A DNA stretch of 64,000 nt, taken from positions 42,187-106,186 of the forward strand of contig JBGSWR010000035.1 of assembly GCA_041751855.1 (NCBI GenBank), given 5' to 3'. The stretch comes from Pyrinomonadaceae bacterium. Its GTDB lineage: Bacteria; Acidobacteriota; Blastocatellia; Pyrinomonadales; Pyrinomonadaceae. This document shows positions 45,485-57,515 of the stretch, piece after piece. The position numbers and the translations under genes were made by a program. Position 1 is the stretch's first letter. Every line of letters begins with the position of its first letter. The notes beneath the pieces were generated by a model that worked only from the letters and a program-made list of their open reading frames with translations, was not told the DNA's origin and ran no database searches.

Positions 45485-46333
45485 ATGGATGACGAAGCCA
45501 GGAAGAGCGGTAATATATCTCCAGCCAGCCATGGTGAAGTTGGTAACGTTTCGCTCAAGAATCTCAACTCCAATTCGAGTGTTGAGCACATCTTCGAGCA
45601 GTTAAGGGAACGAACAGCCGAGCTGGAAGAAGCGAACCGCGAATTGCGACGTATCTCGCATTACCGCTCACTTTTTCTGGCGCGAATGTCACACGAACTT
45701 CGCACACCGCTGACGTCGATTCTGGGGTTTAGTGAGATTCTCCTCGAGCAAGAGCAGTTGACCGAGGCTCAACGCAGATTCTGTTTAAAGATCCAGGACT
45801 CCGGGCTGCAACTACAAGCAAGTCTTAACCAATTAGTAGATCTCTCTCGGCTTGAAGCGGGCCGCACAGAGCTCTTCTTCCAGGAATTTTCCCTGCGAGA
45901 GACTCTGCGCGAGTGCTGCGCGGCTGTCGCGCGGTTTGCCCAGAAGCTGCAGGTAAAGCTCGAATACGATCTCGCGCCGGGAATCTCTACTGTGGTTTCG
46001 GATCAGGGGAAGTTGCGGCAGGTCTTGTACAACTTCCTCTCCTGGTCGGTGAGCCGAAGCAGAGCCGGGGACGCGGTGAGCCTTTTCGGAGCATTTGTCG
46101 AGTCGGACTTGTTACAGATCCGCATTGATGATTCGGGACCTCCGTTAACCGACGTCGAGCATCTATTTGATCCGGACGCGAGTCCCGGTTCGCGAAATGA
46201 TGCCGCCGTGATCGGTATTGTCATCGGCCGGCAACTGCTGGATGTAATGGGTGGCAAGGTTGTGCTTCAAGAGGGGGACAAGGGTGGTCTTAGCGTTCTG
46301 ATTCAGCTTCCGACAAGGCCAACGAAGGGGTAG
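45485..46333 (+). CDS. cytoplasmic histidine kinase (HisKA + HATPase_c, no TM or sensor domain)
   Basis: A coiled-coil N-terminus is followed by the H-box MSHELRTPLTSILGFSEIL and an HATPase_c region. No response regulator gene is adjacent. Confidence 0.8.
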   Translation: MDDEARKSGNISPASHGEVGNVSLKNLNSNSSVEHIFEQLRERTAELEEANRELRRISHYRSLFLARMSHELRTPLTSILGFSEILLEQEQLTEAQRRFCLKIQDSGLQLQASLNQLVDLSRLEAGRTELFFQEFSLRETLRECCAAVARFAQKLQVKLEYDLAPGISTVVSDQGKLRQVLYNFLSWSVSRSRAGDAVSLFGAFVESDLLQIRIDDSGPPLTDVEHLFDPDASPGSRNDAAVIGIVIGRQLLDVMGGKVVLQEGDKGGLSVLIQLPTRPTKG

Positions 46334-46339
46334 ACAAGG

Positions 46340-47116
46340 ATGGAACCGATCCTTATCCGCGAGTGTGTAACCATTGATGAGTTGGACAATTGCGTTAACT
46401 TGCAACGAGATATTTTTGGTCTTCCGGATCTGGAGATCTCACCCCGCCGCCATCTGATCGTTTCCCGGCAGGCGGGCGGCTGGACGCTGGGCGCCTTTGC
46501 GGGTGAGCGGCTCGTCGGCTTCGTACATCATCTGGCAGCAGTCAACGGCAAGGATGAGATTTCAGGTTATTCGCACATGATGGCCGTTGCCCGCGACTAT
46601 CAAAATCATGGTCTGGGAGCCCGGCTCAAGTGGGCGCAACGGGAACGGTCGCTGGCCGAAGGTCGTAGCTTTGTCAAATGGACCTGGGATCCAATGCAGG
46701 CGCGCAATGCGCACTTTAATCTCAATCGGCTTGGCGTAACAACGAGCAGCTATGCTGAGAATTTTTACGGCACGGACTATGTTACCGATCCCGATCAACA
46801 AGGCAATCGGAATATCGATAGCGATCGTCTGTTTGCCAGTTGGGACCTTCGATCTAACCGCGTGATGCAGTTGGCCGGCGGTTCTGCTCCGTCGCCGCTT
46901 CCGACAGCAACGCTTAAGATATCCATACCACCGGATTGGACCGGACTTGTAAAAGAGAACCCGACACGCGCGCGTGCTGAGCAGCTCCGGGTTCGCGCTG
47001 AATTCATAAGTGCTTTCTCGGCGGGTCTGGTCTGTGCCGGCTTCGAACGGAGCCAGGAGAGCCCGTCATATCTGCTCTTTCAGCGGGCCAGTATTTTCCC
47101 CCGCGCAGCAACATAA
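46340..47116 (+). CDS. GNAT-fold acetyltransferase-like protein
   Basis: Contains HMMAVARDYQNHGLGARLKWAQRE, a GNAT motif-A-like block. It lies 6 nt downstream of the kinase gene. Confidence 0.55.
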   Translation: MEPILIRECVTIDELDNCVNLQRDIFGLPDLEISPRRHLIVSRQAGGWTLGAFAGERLVGFVHHLAAVNGKDEISGYSHMMAVARDYQNHGLGARLKWAQRERSLAEGRSFVKWTWDPMQARNAHFNLNRLGVTTSSYAENFYGTDYVTDPDQQGNRNIDSDRLFASWDLRSNRVMQLAGGSAPSPLPTATLKISIPPDWTGLVKENPTRARAEQLRVRAEFISAFSAGLVCAGFERSQESPSYLLFQRASIFPRAAT

Positions 47117-47153
47117 TTGATGGATTCGAAAACCGGATTCTTGCATCATCGAT

Positions 47154-50643
<3,490 letters not shown>

Positions 50644-50662
50644 GTCCGACTAGCAGCAGATC

Positions 50663-51127
50663 ATGATCCAGCCTGATGGTGAGGAGTCGTTAATGCAAGG
50701 CCAGCAAAAGGACCGAAGCTTGCAGCTTCTATACACCCTCTTTTGTGACGACGTTCGTCTCGAAGTCGGCAACAAACTGTCACTGATGGGTGTGTTTCAA
50801 AATATTATGGTGCAGCAGTTACCTGTCTCCCTGATTAAGTTCGCGGTCGTGAACCACTGGCGAGGGGAAGGTGTCCACCTTTCCGAGGTGCGCATTCTCA
50901 CCCCGGATCGGCAGCAACCCGTCGTTGTCTCTCAGCCGACGCGATTCGAAATCGCTGCAGGCGGCTTTGCCGACAACATAAGTTTCTTTGTAAATGTAAC
51001 GTTCCCTGCTGCCGGCCAGTACTGGGTGCAGACGCTCGTCGATTCGAACCTGTATGACGAGCAGCCCTTAACCGTGTCTGACGGCCGTGAAGGCGAGACC
51101 CAGAGTTTTTCCGAATCTGTTAATTAG
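50663..51127 (+). CDS. hypothetical protein
   Basis: 154-aa ORF (LLYTLFCDDVRLEVGNKLSLMGVF...). No motif recognised with confidence. Confidence 0.5.
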   Translation: MIQPDGEESLMQGQQKDRSLQLLYTLFCDDVRLEVGNKLSLMGVFQNIMVQQLPVSLIKFAVVNHWRGEGVHLSEVRILTPDRQQPVVVSQPTRFEIAAGGFADNISFFVNVTFPAAGQYWVQTLVDSNLYDEQPLTVSDGREGETQSFSESVN

Positions 51128-51140
51128 GCGCGACTAGGGC

Positions 51141-51518
51141 CTAAAATTCTATCTGGTACAGTTTAATCTTGGAGTTCAGGGTGGTCGGTTTGATATTGAG
51201 CAGTCTGGCGGCCTTCGCCTGATTTCCACGGGTTCGTTCCAGCGCGAGCTTAATCAAACCACTCTCAAAACGCTTAACTTCATCGTAGAAATCGATACCC
51301 TCGGCCAGGTTCATCGACCTGAGACGGGTAGATTCCTCGGTAAAGGCCCGGTCCTGTGAGAGTCTTTCTGTCTCGTTCAATAGCATGGCGGCAAGGTCCA
51401 CAAGTCTCTCCATGCGGTCCCGGATTGGATGCCGGGCGATTCGTAGTTTTACGGGCTCATCAGCCTGTATTCGGAAGGTTTCGTTGGCTTCTACTGCAGC
51501 GGATGCTTCAGCGCTCAT
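51141..51518 (-). CDS. Fis-type HTH protein (stand-alone)
   Basis: The C-terminus GNQAKAARLLNIKPTTLNSKIKLYQI is a Fis-family HTH. It is 125 aa with no AAA+ domain. Confidence 0.65.
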   Translation of the reverse strand: MSAEASAAVEANETFRIQADEPVKLRIARHPIRDRMERLVDLAAMLLNETERLSQDRAFTEESTRLRSMNLAEGIDFYDEVKRFESGLIKLALERTRGNQAKAARLLNIKPTTLNSKIKLYQIEF

Positions 51519-51654
51519 CTGGTTATACCCCTTTGTTCAAATCCCCGACGTCAACTACTACGAAAACACCGGCCCCCAGGTTCCTGTGGCAGGTTTTTTA
51601 TACTTTATCGAGAGGCGAGTTTTGTCCGTGGGGTTGCCTCGTGACTGGTTAACG

Positions 51655-51687
51655 AACAAAAAGGCGAGCCAATTAACAGGCTCGCCT
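51655..51687 (-). terminator. rho-independent terminator downstream of tRNA-Leu
   Basis: The minus-strand sequence reads aggcgagcc-tgttaatt-ggctcgcct followed by ttttgtt. Confidence 0.75.
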
Positions 51688-51706
51688 GATGCTCAATCGA
51701 TATTTT

Positions 51707-51793
51707 TGGTGCGGATGAGAGGACTTGAACCTCCACGATGTCACCATCACAGGCTTCTGAGACCTGCGCGTCTGCCAGTTCCGCCACATCCGC
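51707..51793 (-). tRNA. tRNA-Leu (anticodon CAG), CCA encoded
   Basis: The reverse complement is GCGGATGTGGCGGAACTGGCAGACGCGCAGGTCTCAGAAGCCTGTGATGGTGACATCGTGGAGGTTCAAGTCCTCTCATCCGCACCA. The 7-bp acceptor stem is GCGGATG/CATCCGC, the anticodon loop is CTCAGAA, and there is a long variable arm and a GGTTCAAGTCC T-arm. Confidence 0.9.
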
Positions 51794-51936
51794 AACGGGA
51801 AGGCTCATTATGCGAACCGTCCTCTTGAGTGTCAAGAAAGCAGATTGTGAATTTACATTGACGGTGCAACCACCCGAGGTGATCTGTTAAGGTAAGCGGC
51901 AAATGAAGATCTGGCCGTGGTTCGGGAACAGAGCGA

Positions 51937-52671
51937 ATGGTCGAAACAGCCATGGGCGGCGCCGCCGGTTTGCGTAAGCGCTTTGCAGAAATTCGGGAAA
52001 TAATTGCTGAAACCGCGCGCCGGTGTGATCGTCTCCCTGACGAGATCACGATCATTGCTGTCAGTAAGACCCATCCTGTCGAAACTGTCAGACAAGCCTT
52101 TGCAGCAGGCGTGACAAACTTTGGTGAAAATCGGGTCCAGGAAGCCGACAAGAAGATCGTCGAGGCTGGACTTCAGGGTGTCCGCTGGCACCTGATCGGC
52201 CACTTGCAAGCCAACAAAGCGAGGCGCGCAGTCAAGCTGTTCGACGTAATTCACACGCTCGACTCGATTTCTCTCGCCCAACGGCTCGATCGCTTGTGCG
52301 CTGACGAAAACCGAGTAAAACTTCCGGTGCTGATTCAGGTTGACCTGGCCGGTGAGGATACTAAGACTGGGGCCACTGAGCGCGAGCTTGATGAACTCCT
52401 TGGGGTTGTGGAGGGCTGTACGCGGCTTGAGCTTCAAGGGCTAATGACCCTGCCACCTTTCTTCGCGGATCCGGAGAGGGTGCGTCCATATTTTCGCCGG
52501 CTGCGTGAGCTACGCGACCAAATTGCAGCCGGAGGCCACTTTCGCGATCGAGCAGGCGATCTGTCGATGGGGATGAGTCATGACTTTACCGTGGCGATTG
52601 AGGAGGGTGCAACTCTGGTCCGAATCGGAACCGCAATCTTCGGCGCACGTATAAAGGAGAAGTTCGATTAA
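51937..52671 (+). CDS. yggS: YggS-family pyridoxal-phosphate homeostasis protein
   Basis: Contains AVSKTHPVETVRQAFAAGVTNFGENRVQE, HLIGHLQANK, LSMGMSHDF and LVRIGTAIFG. Confidence 0.85.
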   Translation: MVETAMGGAAGLRKRFAEIREIIAETARRCDRLPDEITIIAVSKTHPVETVRQAFAAGVTNFGENRVQEADKKIVEAGLQGVRWHLIGHLQANKARRAVKLFDVIHTLDSISLAQRLDRLCADENRVKLPVLIQVDLAGEDTKTGATERELDELLGVVEGCTRLELQGLMTLPPFFADPERVRPYFRRLRELRDQIAAGGHFRDRAGDLSMGMSHDFTVAIEEGATLVRIGTAIFGARIKEKFD

Positions 52672-52697
52672 GAAAGTTTTGAGCCGAATACCCGAAC

Positions 52698-53312
52698 ATG
52701 ATGCTGATCATTGAACGTACGTACCTTTTCGTTTACTGGCTGGTAATAATTGCAATCATCGCAACGGTTGCGTTGATGATCTTGCGTTTGATTGCGATCC
52801 AGCTCGACATCAATCCCTTCACTTGGACTGCATTGACGATCAGACGCCTTACCGATCCACTACTCCTACCAGTTCGACGCGGCCTGATTGCGCTCAGTGT
52901 CGATCCTAAATTCGCTCCCGTAGTTGCGATCCTACTTATCATCTTACTTGGTTGGTTTGTGTTGCAGCTCGTTGGCGGGCTTGTAAACACGTTGGTTGGT
53001 GTCCTCGAGAGCTCGTTGAGACAAGACCTTGTCGCGGCCGTGGGCTATGTAATCTACGGTCTACTCGGTTTGTATTCGCTGATGATATTCATACGTATCA
53101 TCTTTTCGTGGGGCATGGTCAGTTATTCCAATCCGGTTATGAAATTCCTGGTTAACGCGACTGAGCCTTTACTGGCGCCTCTCCGCCGGATAATCCCGCC
53201 CCTGGGAATGTTCGATATTTCCCCGATTGTTGCCTTCGTTATTGTCTGGCTGTTGCAGTCCGCGGTGGCGGGAACTCTCCTTAAGGGTTTGAGACTTCAC
53301 TTCATTGCTTAA
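52698..53312 (+). CDS. yggT: YggT-family membrane protein (two YGGT repeats)
   Basis: Contains LTDPLLLPVRRGL and ATEPLLAPLRRIIPPLGMFDISPIVAFVIVWLL. It is a multi-TM protein. Confidence 0.75.
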   Translation: MMLIIERTYLFVYWLVIIAIIATVALMILRLIAIQLDINPFTWTALTIRRLTDPLLLPVRRGLIALSVDPKFAPVVAILLIILLGWFVLQLVGGLVNTLVGVLESSLRQDLVAAVGYVIYGLLGLYSLMIFIRIIFSWGMVSYSNPVMKFLVNATEPLLAPLRRIIPPLGMFDISPIVAFVIVWLLQSAVAGTLLKGLRLHFIA

Positions 53313-53323
53313 AGGGAACGAGG

Positions 53324-53602
53324 GTGATCGAACACACTGAGAAAGATGGAGCGCTCACCTTCAAAGTGCAAGTGGTCCCACGCGCCTCTCGGAGCGAGAT
53401 TGTCGGAGAGTACAACGGCGCACTACGCGTGCGGGTAGCAGTAGCACCGGTCAATGGAGCAGCGAATCAGGAACTAGAGCGCTTGTTGGCTCGGGCATTT
53501 GGTGTTTCTGCTAAGGCGGTAGCGATAATTGCCGGTCACAGTTCAAGACTCAAGCGGGTGTCTATCAAGGGCGCAACCAGGAGGTCGTTGGACCAGTTTT
53601 GA
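53324..53602 (+). CDS. DUF167 (YggU-like) protein
   Basis: Contains VQVVPRASRSEIVGEYNGALRVRVAVAPVNGAANQEL. The start codon is GTG. Confidence 0.8.
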   Translation: MIEHTEKDGALTFKVQVVPRASRSEIVGEYNGALRVRVAVAPVNGAANQELERLLARAFGVSAKAVAIIAGHSSRLKRVSIKGATRRSLDQF

Positions 53603-53817
53603 CTGAGGTGAGACTTGTGGCCCGTCGTGGGAGAACCCCGGAAGTTCCTGAGTGACCGGAAAGATGCGGACTTCGATTCACCGCTTCATGCTTTAGTAGA
53701 ACGTAAACGCTTGCGCTGGCTTCAACTTACGATTAGCGTGCGGTAAGATTTTCAAACCTTCAATTAAGATTACCAAAGCCGGCGCCCAAATCGCCGTAAA
53801 CGCAAAAGGGAAGTCAA

Positions 53818-54561
53818 ATGTCAGGACACTCGAAGTGGCATAGTATTAAGCACAAGAAAGGCGCGCTCGATGCCAAGCGCGGCAAATTATTTACGAAGTT
53901 CATCAAGGAACTAACGGTTGCGGCCCGCTCAGGAGGTGGTGATCCCGACGGCAATGCCCGGTTGCGTAAAGCGATCGCGGACGCTAAGGCGGGCAACATG
54001 CCCAACGATACTATCGAGCGGGCCATAAGACGCGGTACCGGAGAAGAAGAGGGCGTTCACTATGAAGAAGTAACGTACGAAGGTTATGGACCAGGCGGTG
54101 TGGCCCTGCTTATCGAGACGATGACTGATAATCGTAATCGCACGGTCGCAGAGATTAGACACTTGCTTTCAAAGAACGGAGGCAATCTGGGTGAATCCGG
54201 ATCCGTGGGGTGGATGTTTGATAAGAAAGGCTACATCGTGGTCGAGAAGGCGAGCAAAGCGGAAGACGAACTTTTCGAGTTGGCGATCGAGGCTGGCGCG
54301 GACGATCTTCGCGATGATCAGGAGAACTTCGAGATCATTACGGCGCCTGAAAGCTTTGAAAGTGTGCTGACAGCAGTCAAGACGGCTGGTATTGACCCTC
54401 AGGTTGCGGAAGTGATGATGGTGCCACAGAATTACGTGAAGCTCGAGGGCGCCGATGCGCGTCTGATGCTTAAGTTGATGGAGGCCATCGAGGACCATGA
54501 CGATGTGCAGAAGGTCTCTGCCAATTTTGATATCAGCGAGGCTGATATCGCAGCGGCGTGA
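53818..54561 (+). CDS. yebC: YebC/PmpR-family transcriptional regulator
   Basis: Begins [37 protein letters not shown], the canonical N-terminus of the family. Confidence 0.95.
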   Translation: MSGHSKWHSIKHKKGALDAKRGKLFTKFIKELTVAARSGGGDPDGNARLRKAIADAKAGNMPNDTIERAIRRGTGEEEGVHYEEVTYEGYGPGGVALLIETMTDNRNRTVAEIRHLLSKNGGNLGESGSVGWMFDKKGYIVVEKASKAEDELFELAIEAGADDLRDDQENFEIITAPESFESVLTAVKTAGIDPQVAEVMMVPQNYVKLEGADARLMLKLMEAIEDHDDVQKVSANFDISEADIAAA

Positions 54562-54748
54562 CCGACCTTTGAGCGGGGAGAAGCGTTGTCTTCCCTGACT
54601 GTTGGGAGAGCGACTCGGAGCACCAGTAGATTCGCGCCAGAATCCACACCTTACACCGAGCCACTCAGCCAACTCTCTACCGCGCTAGTCAGCTCATGGC
54701 TGACGGACCACGGCACAGGAACCAAAACCTAAAACACACGCATATGAT

Positions 54749-55900
54749 CTACATTGCATGAGTTTGCGCGGCGTCATGCGGAACCTGTCCGGTCTCGAGC
54801 ATGTTCTTCATCCGCATCAGATCTTCGTCAATGTCTGCCTTAGGATCGACCCCCAGCAGTGCGGCAACGCCATGACCAAGCGCGCCCGCGGGCGGGTTAT
54901 AGCTCAATTTGACGTCAATGCGGGTTGAACCATCCTTGTTAGCTTCGAACTTGACCAACCCTGCGTGATCTACCACTGAGCCGGGCTCAGTTTTCCAGGC
55001 TAGAACCTGGTTAGGCTCGAGCCGGGTTGTCACTGCATCCCACTCAACAGGTACCCCTGCCGGGCCAGTTACCTTCCAGTGGGTACGGTTGTCGCCGATC
55101 GATCGCACCTCCTTGACGTTACTCATGAAGAGAGGAAAGGTTTCATAGTCGCTCCAGAGCCCAAACACTTTTTCGAGCGGCGCGTCAACATTTAGCGTCT
55201 TCTTGATAGTTACGGCCTCGCGGCCTCCTCCCAGTCCCGTCAGCCGCTTGACTTCAAGATTAGTAAGACCACGCGCCAGCAGAAGTAGACCTGCTGCGCC
55301 AACTCCCGCTCCTACTGCGTCGCGCCGTTTGCCCCCGTAGATTGCGAGGGCAGCGCCACTTGCTCCCGCCGCGAGCCGCGCTGCCGGTGACCAGTGTTCT
55401 TGCATAAATTCCATCCGGTTACCAGGGCGAATTCGCCCACCTTGTAGAGCGGGAATATCCCCTGGTTCGTTGTGAACTTCGAGCTGGTTCTCGACATCTT
55501 CGACCCCTTTAACTCCTCTAACGGCTTGCAACAGATCATCTACCTCATGTCTGAGCACGGGCCCGCTCAGAGTGATCTTACCGCCATCAACGGTCGTGGT
55601 TATTGCACTCGGATGGGAAATGATCCTTCCCAGTTTTGACCTAACGCGCTGCTGAAGTACTTTGTCATCCACTTCGGTTTTATCTCGCCGCACGCTGGAC
55701 TGGATCTGTGCAGCGAGTCCTCGCGCCCGATTCGTTATGTCCCGTGTTGTAACGCCCACCCCGTGGCTGGTTTTGCGCGCCACATTCTTGAGCCGGTCAC
55801 GGACGAGAGCCCTCCGTCGCTTGCCGCGATCCGGATCGAGCAGATACATAATGCCAGTCCCGAGTCCAATACCGGCGCCTAAGGTTAATGCCTTATTCAT
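54749..55900 (-). CDS. BON-domain / SRPBCC (START-like) fusion protein
   Basis: ATG at 55900 follows GGGGGAAG. It has a YtxH-like N-terminus (LDPDRGKRRRALVRDRLKN), a BON domain (ITTTVDGGKITLSGPVLRHEVDDLLQAVRGVKGVEDVENQLEV), and a C-terminal SRPBCC-like region (VFGLWSDYETFPLFMSNVKEV). Confidence 0.7.
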   Translation of the reverse strand: MNKALTLGAGIGLGTGIMYLLDPDRGKRRRALVRDRLKNVARKTSHGVGVTTRDITNRARGLAAQIQSSVRRDKTEVDDKVLQQRVRSKLGRIISHPSAITTTVDGGKITLSGPVLRHEVDDLLQAVRGVKGVEDVENQLEVHNEPGDIPALQGGRIRPGNRMEFMQEHWSPAARLAAGASGAALAIYGGKRRDAVGAGVGAAGLLLLARGLTNLEVKRLTGLGGGREAVTIKKTLNVDAPLEKVFGLWSDYETFPLFMSNVKEVRSIGDNRTHWKVTGPAGVPVEWDAVTTRLEPNQVLAWKTEPGSVVDHAGLVKFEANKDGSTRIDVKLSYNPPAGALGHGVAALLGVDPKADIDEDLMRMKNMLETGQVPHDAAQTHAM

Positions 55901-55988
55901 AACTTCCCCCTTTGTCTGTTCTGAGTACGTTCGCCGGCCTTGAGGGGTTCGGCGAACCATTCTTCAAAAATAATTGTGCTTAATGAGC

Positions 55989-56005
55989 CGCAAGAAAGGT
56001 GCCAA
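55989..56005 (-). promoter_or_regulatory. sigma-54 (-24/-12) promoter candidate
   Basis: The minus strand reads TTGGCACCTTTCTTGCG, compared with the consensus TGGCAC-N5-TTGC. GG and GC are separated by exactly 10 nt. It lies about 90 nt upstream of the ATG at 55900. Confidence 0.55.
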
Positions 56006-56172
56006 GGGTAACCAGAAGCTGCTCCGGGAACTAATTTGGTATGAGACTTGTTACAAAACGATTAACTTAAGCTTATCAGTTCGTAGATAAGTGTTCAGCG
56101 GTGTGTTTTTTTATCAAAAGAAAGAAGGGTTTAGCAGGCACCCTTTGGATGGGGTCCCGGAGTGAATTGAAA

Positions 56173-56322
56173 ATGTTGTGGGTTTTTGCATCGATATTAC
56201 TATGCTTGTGGATCGTTGGGCTTCTTGGAGAGATTGGAGGCCAGTTCACTCACTGGCTTCTCGCAATTGGGGTGGTCATGGTGATTGCGAATCTCGTTGC
56301 TGGACGACGGCCAGTTCTTTAA
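56173..56322 (+). CDS. lmo0937-family small membrane protein
   Basis: Sequence MLWVFASILLCLWIVGLLGEIGGQFTHWLLAIGVVMVIANLVAGRRPVL. It is 49 aa with two TM segments, and GGAG lies upstream. Confidence 0.6.
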   Translation: MLWVFASILLCLWIVGLLGEIGGQFTHWLLAIGVVMVIANLVAGRRPVL

Positions 56323-56528
56323 AGAACTTTAACGATAAGTAAGACCTGACTCAAAACGATTAGCGCTGAAATTGTACGAGAGCTACACAGATTGATGTCT
56401 CGATTTGGTGCGAAACTGATCACAGCCCGGACCGAACCACTCGCCTCACTTCAAGAGAATAACCAACCAAACCCCTGGCTTCGTTGTTTGATGTAAGGCG
56501 GTGGTTCCGCCCGCTCAGATCCTTGCAT

Positions 56529-57386
56529 TTACGCAGATCTTGCCCGCACCTTATCAGATCCCGTAGCTGTCCCGATCCCGGTGCTCGGAGTCTTTTCGGA
56601 GAGGTCGGTCTCCCGTCTGACCCGAATGTTGTTTTGTACATCTGAAACACCTGACACCGATTCAGCAATATCTTCAGCCAGCCGCTTTGCGAAGCGACTG
56701 TTTACACTGCCGGTAAGCGTTACTTCTCGGTTGTTAACATCCACTTCGATGTCGCTGGCATCAAGCTGCGGATGGTCTGTCAGGCGATCATTTATATCTT
56801 CCTTGATCCGGTCGTCCGAGCGCCGATAGTTACGCGGACCGCGGCCCCGGTAATCGCTGGCTTCGTCTTGCCGCCGTCGCCTCTCAGCCTCCTCGTCGCC
56901 GAACCACGAGGCTACTTCGTCACTCACGCGGTCCCACCAGCCTCTATCCCCATAGGCGCGTTCCCGCTCAGGATCATAACCATATCCGCGAGCGCGATCG
57001 CGAAAGTCGCGACGACCAAAGCCTCCGCGCGCAGAGCCTGACGAGTAATCCCGTTCGTGGGTACTACCGTACTCTCTGCTATAGGGACTGTAGGCGGGGC
57101 GGTCGGTCATCGATCTTCCGCCATAAGTTTCGCGCCCATAGTCGCGTGAGCTCGAAGGAGCTCCAAAAGCAGTGCCGTAGTCCCAACCGGTCGACAGACG
57201 GCGTCCGTAGTCACGCCCGGACTCGGGTTCAAGTTCAGAAGAATAGTCATAACTTGATTCGTTTCTTCTGGGCTCATAGTCCGACGCGTTGTAGCGGCGA
57301 CGGCGCCATGAGCGTTCGTAAGACTGATCACGATCGGAATCGAGATCCTCGAAACCGTACTCCTTATCGCGATACCTTCTTGGCAT
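56529..57386 (-). CDS. BON-domain protein with a long R/D/Y/G-rich disordered N-terminus
   Basis: ATG at 57386 follows AAGGAGGGAAAG. It carries a SWFGDEEAERRRRQDE motif. The C-terminal BON domain reads IEVDVNNREVTLTGSVNSRFAKRLAEDIAESVSGVSDVQNNIRV. Confidence 0.75.
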   Translation of the reverse strand: MPRRYRDKEYGFEDLDSDRDQSYERSWRRRRYNASDYEPRRNESSYDYSSELEPESGRDYGRRLSTGWDYGTAFGAPSSSRDYGRETYGGRSMTDRPAYSPYSREYGSTHERDYSSGSARGGFGRRDFRDRARGYGYDPERERAYGDRGWWDRVSDEVASWFGDEEAERRRRQDEASDYRGRGPRNYRRSDDRIKEDINDRLTDHPQLDASDIEVDVNNREVTLTGSVNSRFAKRLAEDIAESVSGVSDVQNNIRVRRETDLSEKTPSTGIGTATGSDKVRARSA

Positions 57387-57515
57387 TTCTTTCCCTCCTT
57401 GAATGTTTGCGAAGATTTCTACCAAATTTAATCGGGGAATGTTGCGGAAGTTGCACGTAGCTCGCCCATTCCGCACATGTCGATCCCATGCTTGCAAAGA
57501 CGTGCGATCCGTCTG

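Noticed and set aside
50663-51835. A genomic island or integrative element inserted at tRNA-Leu.
   Set aside because: There is no integrase, no recognisable direct repeat of the tRNA 3' end, and the flanking genes (ligA, yggS) are core housekeeping genes.
51853-52437. A 194-aa minus-strand ORF, together with ORF 51747..52151 (-).
   Set aside because: They are antisense to yggS, which has clear YggS motifs. The second ORF also overlaps the tRNA.
54169-54672. A 167-aa minus-strand ORF.
   Set aside because: It is antisense to yebC.
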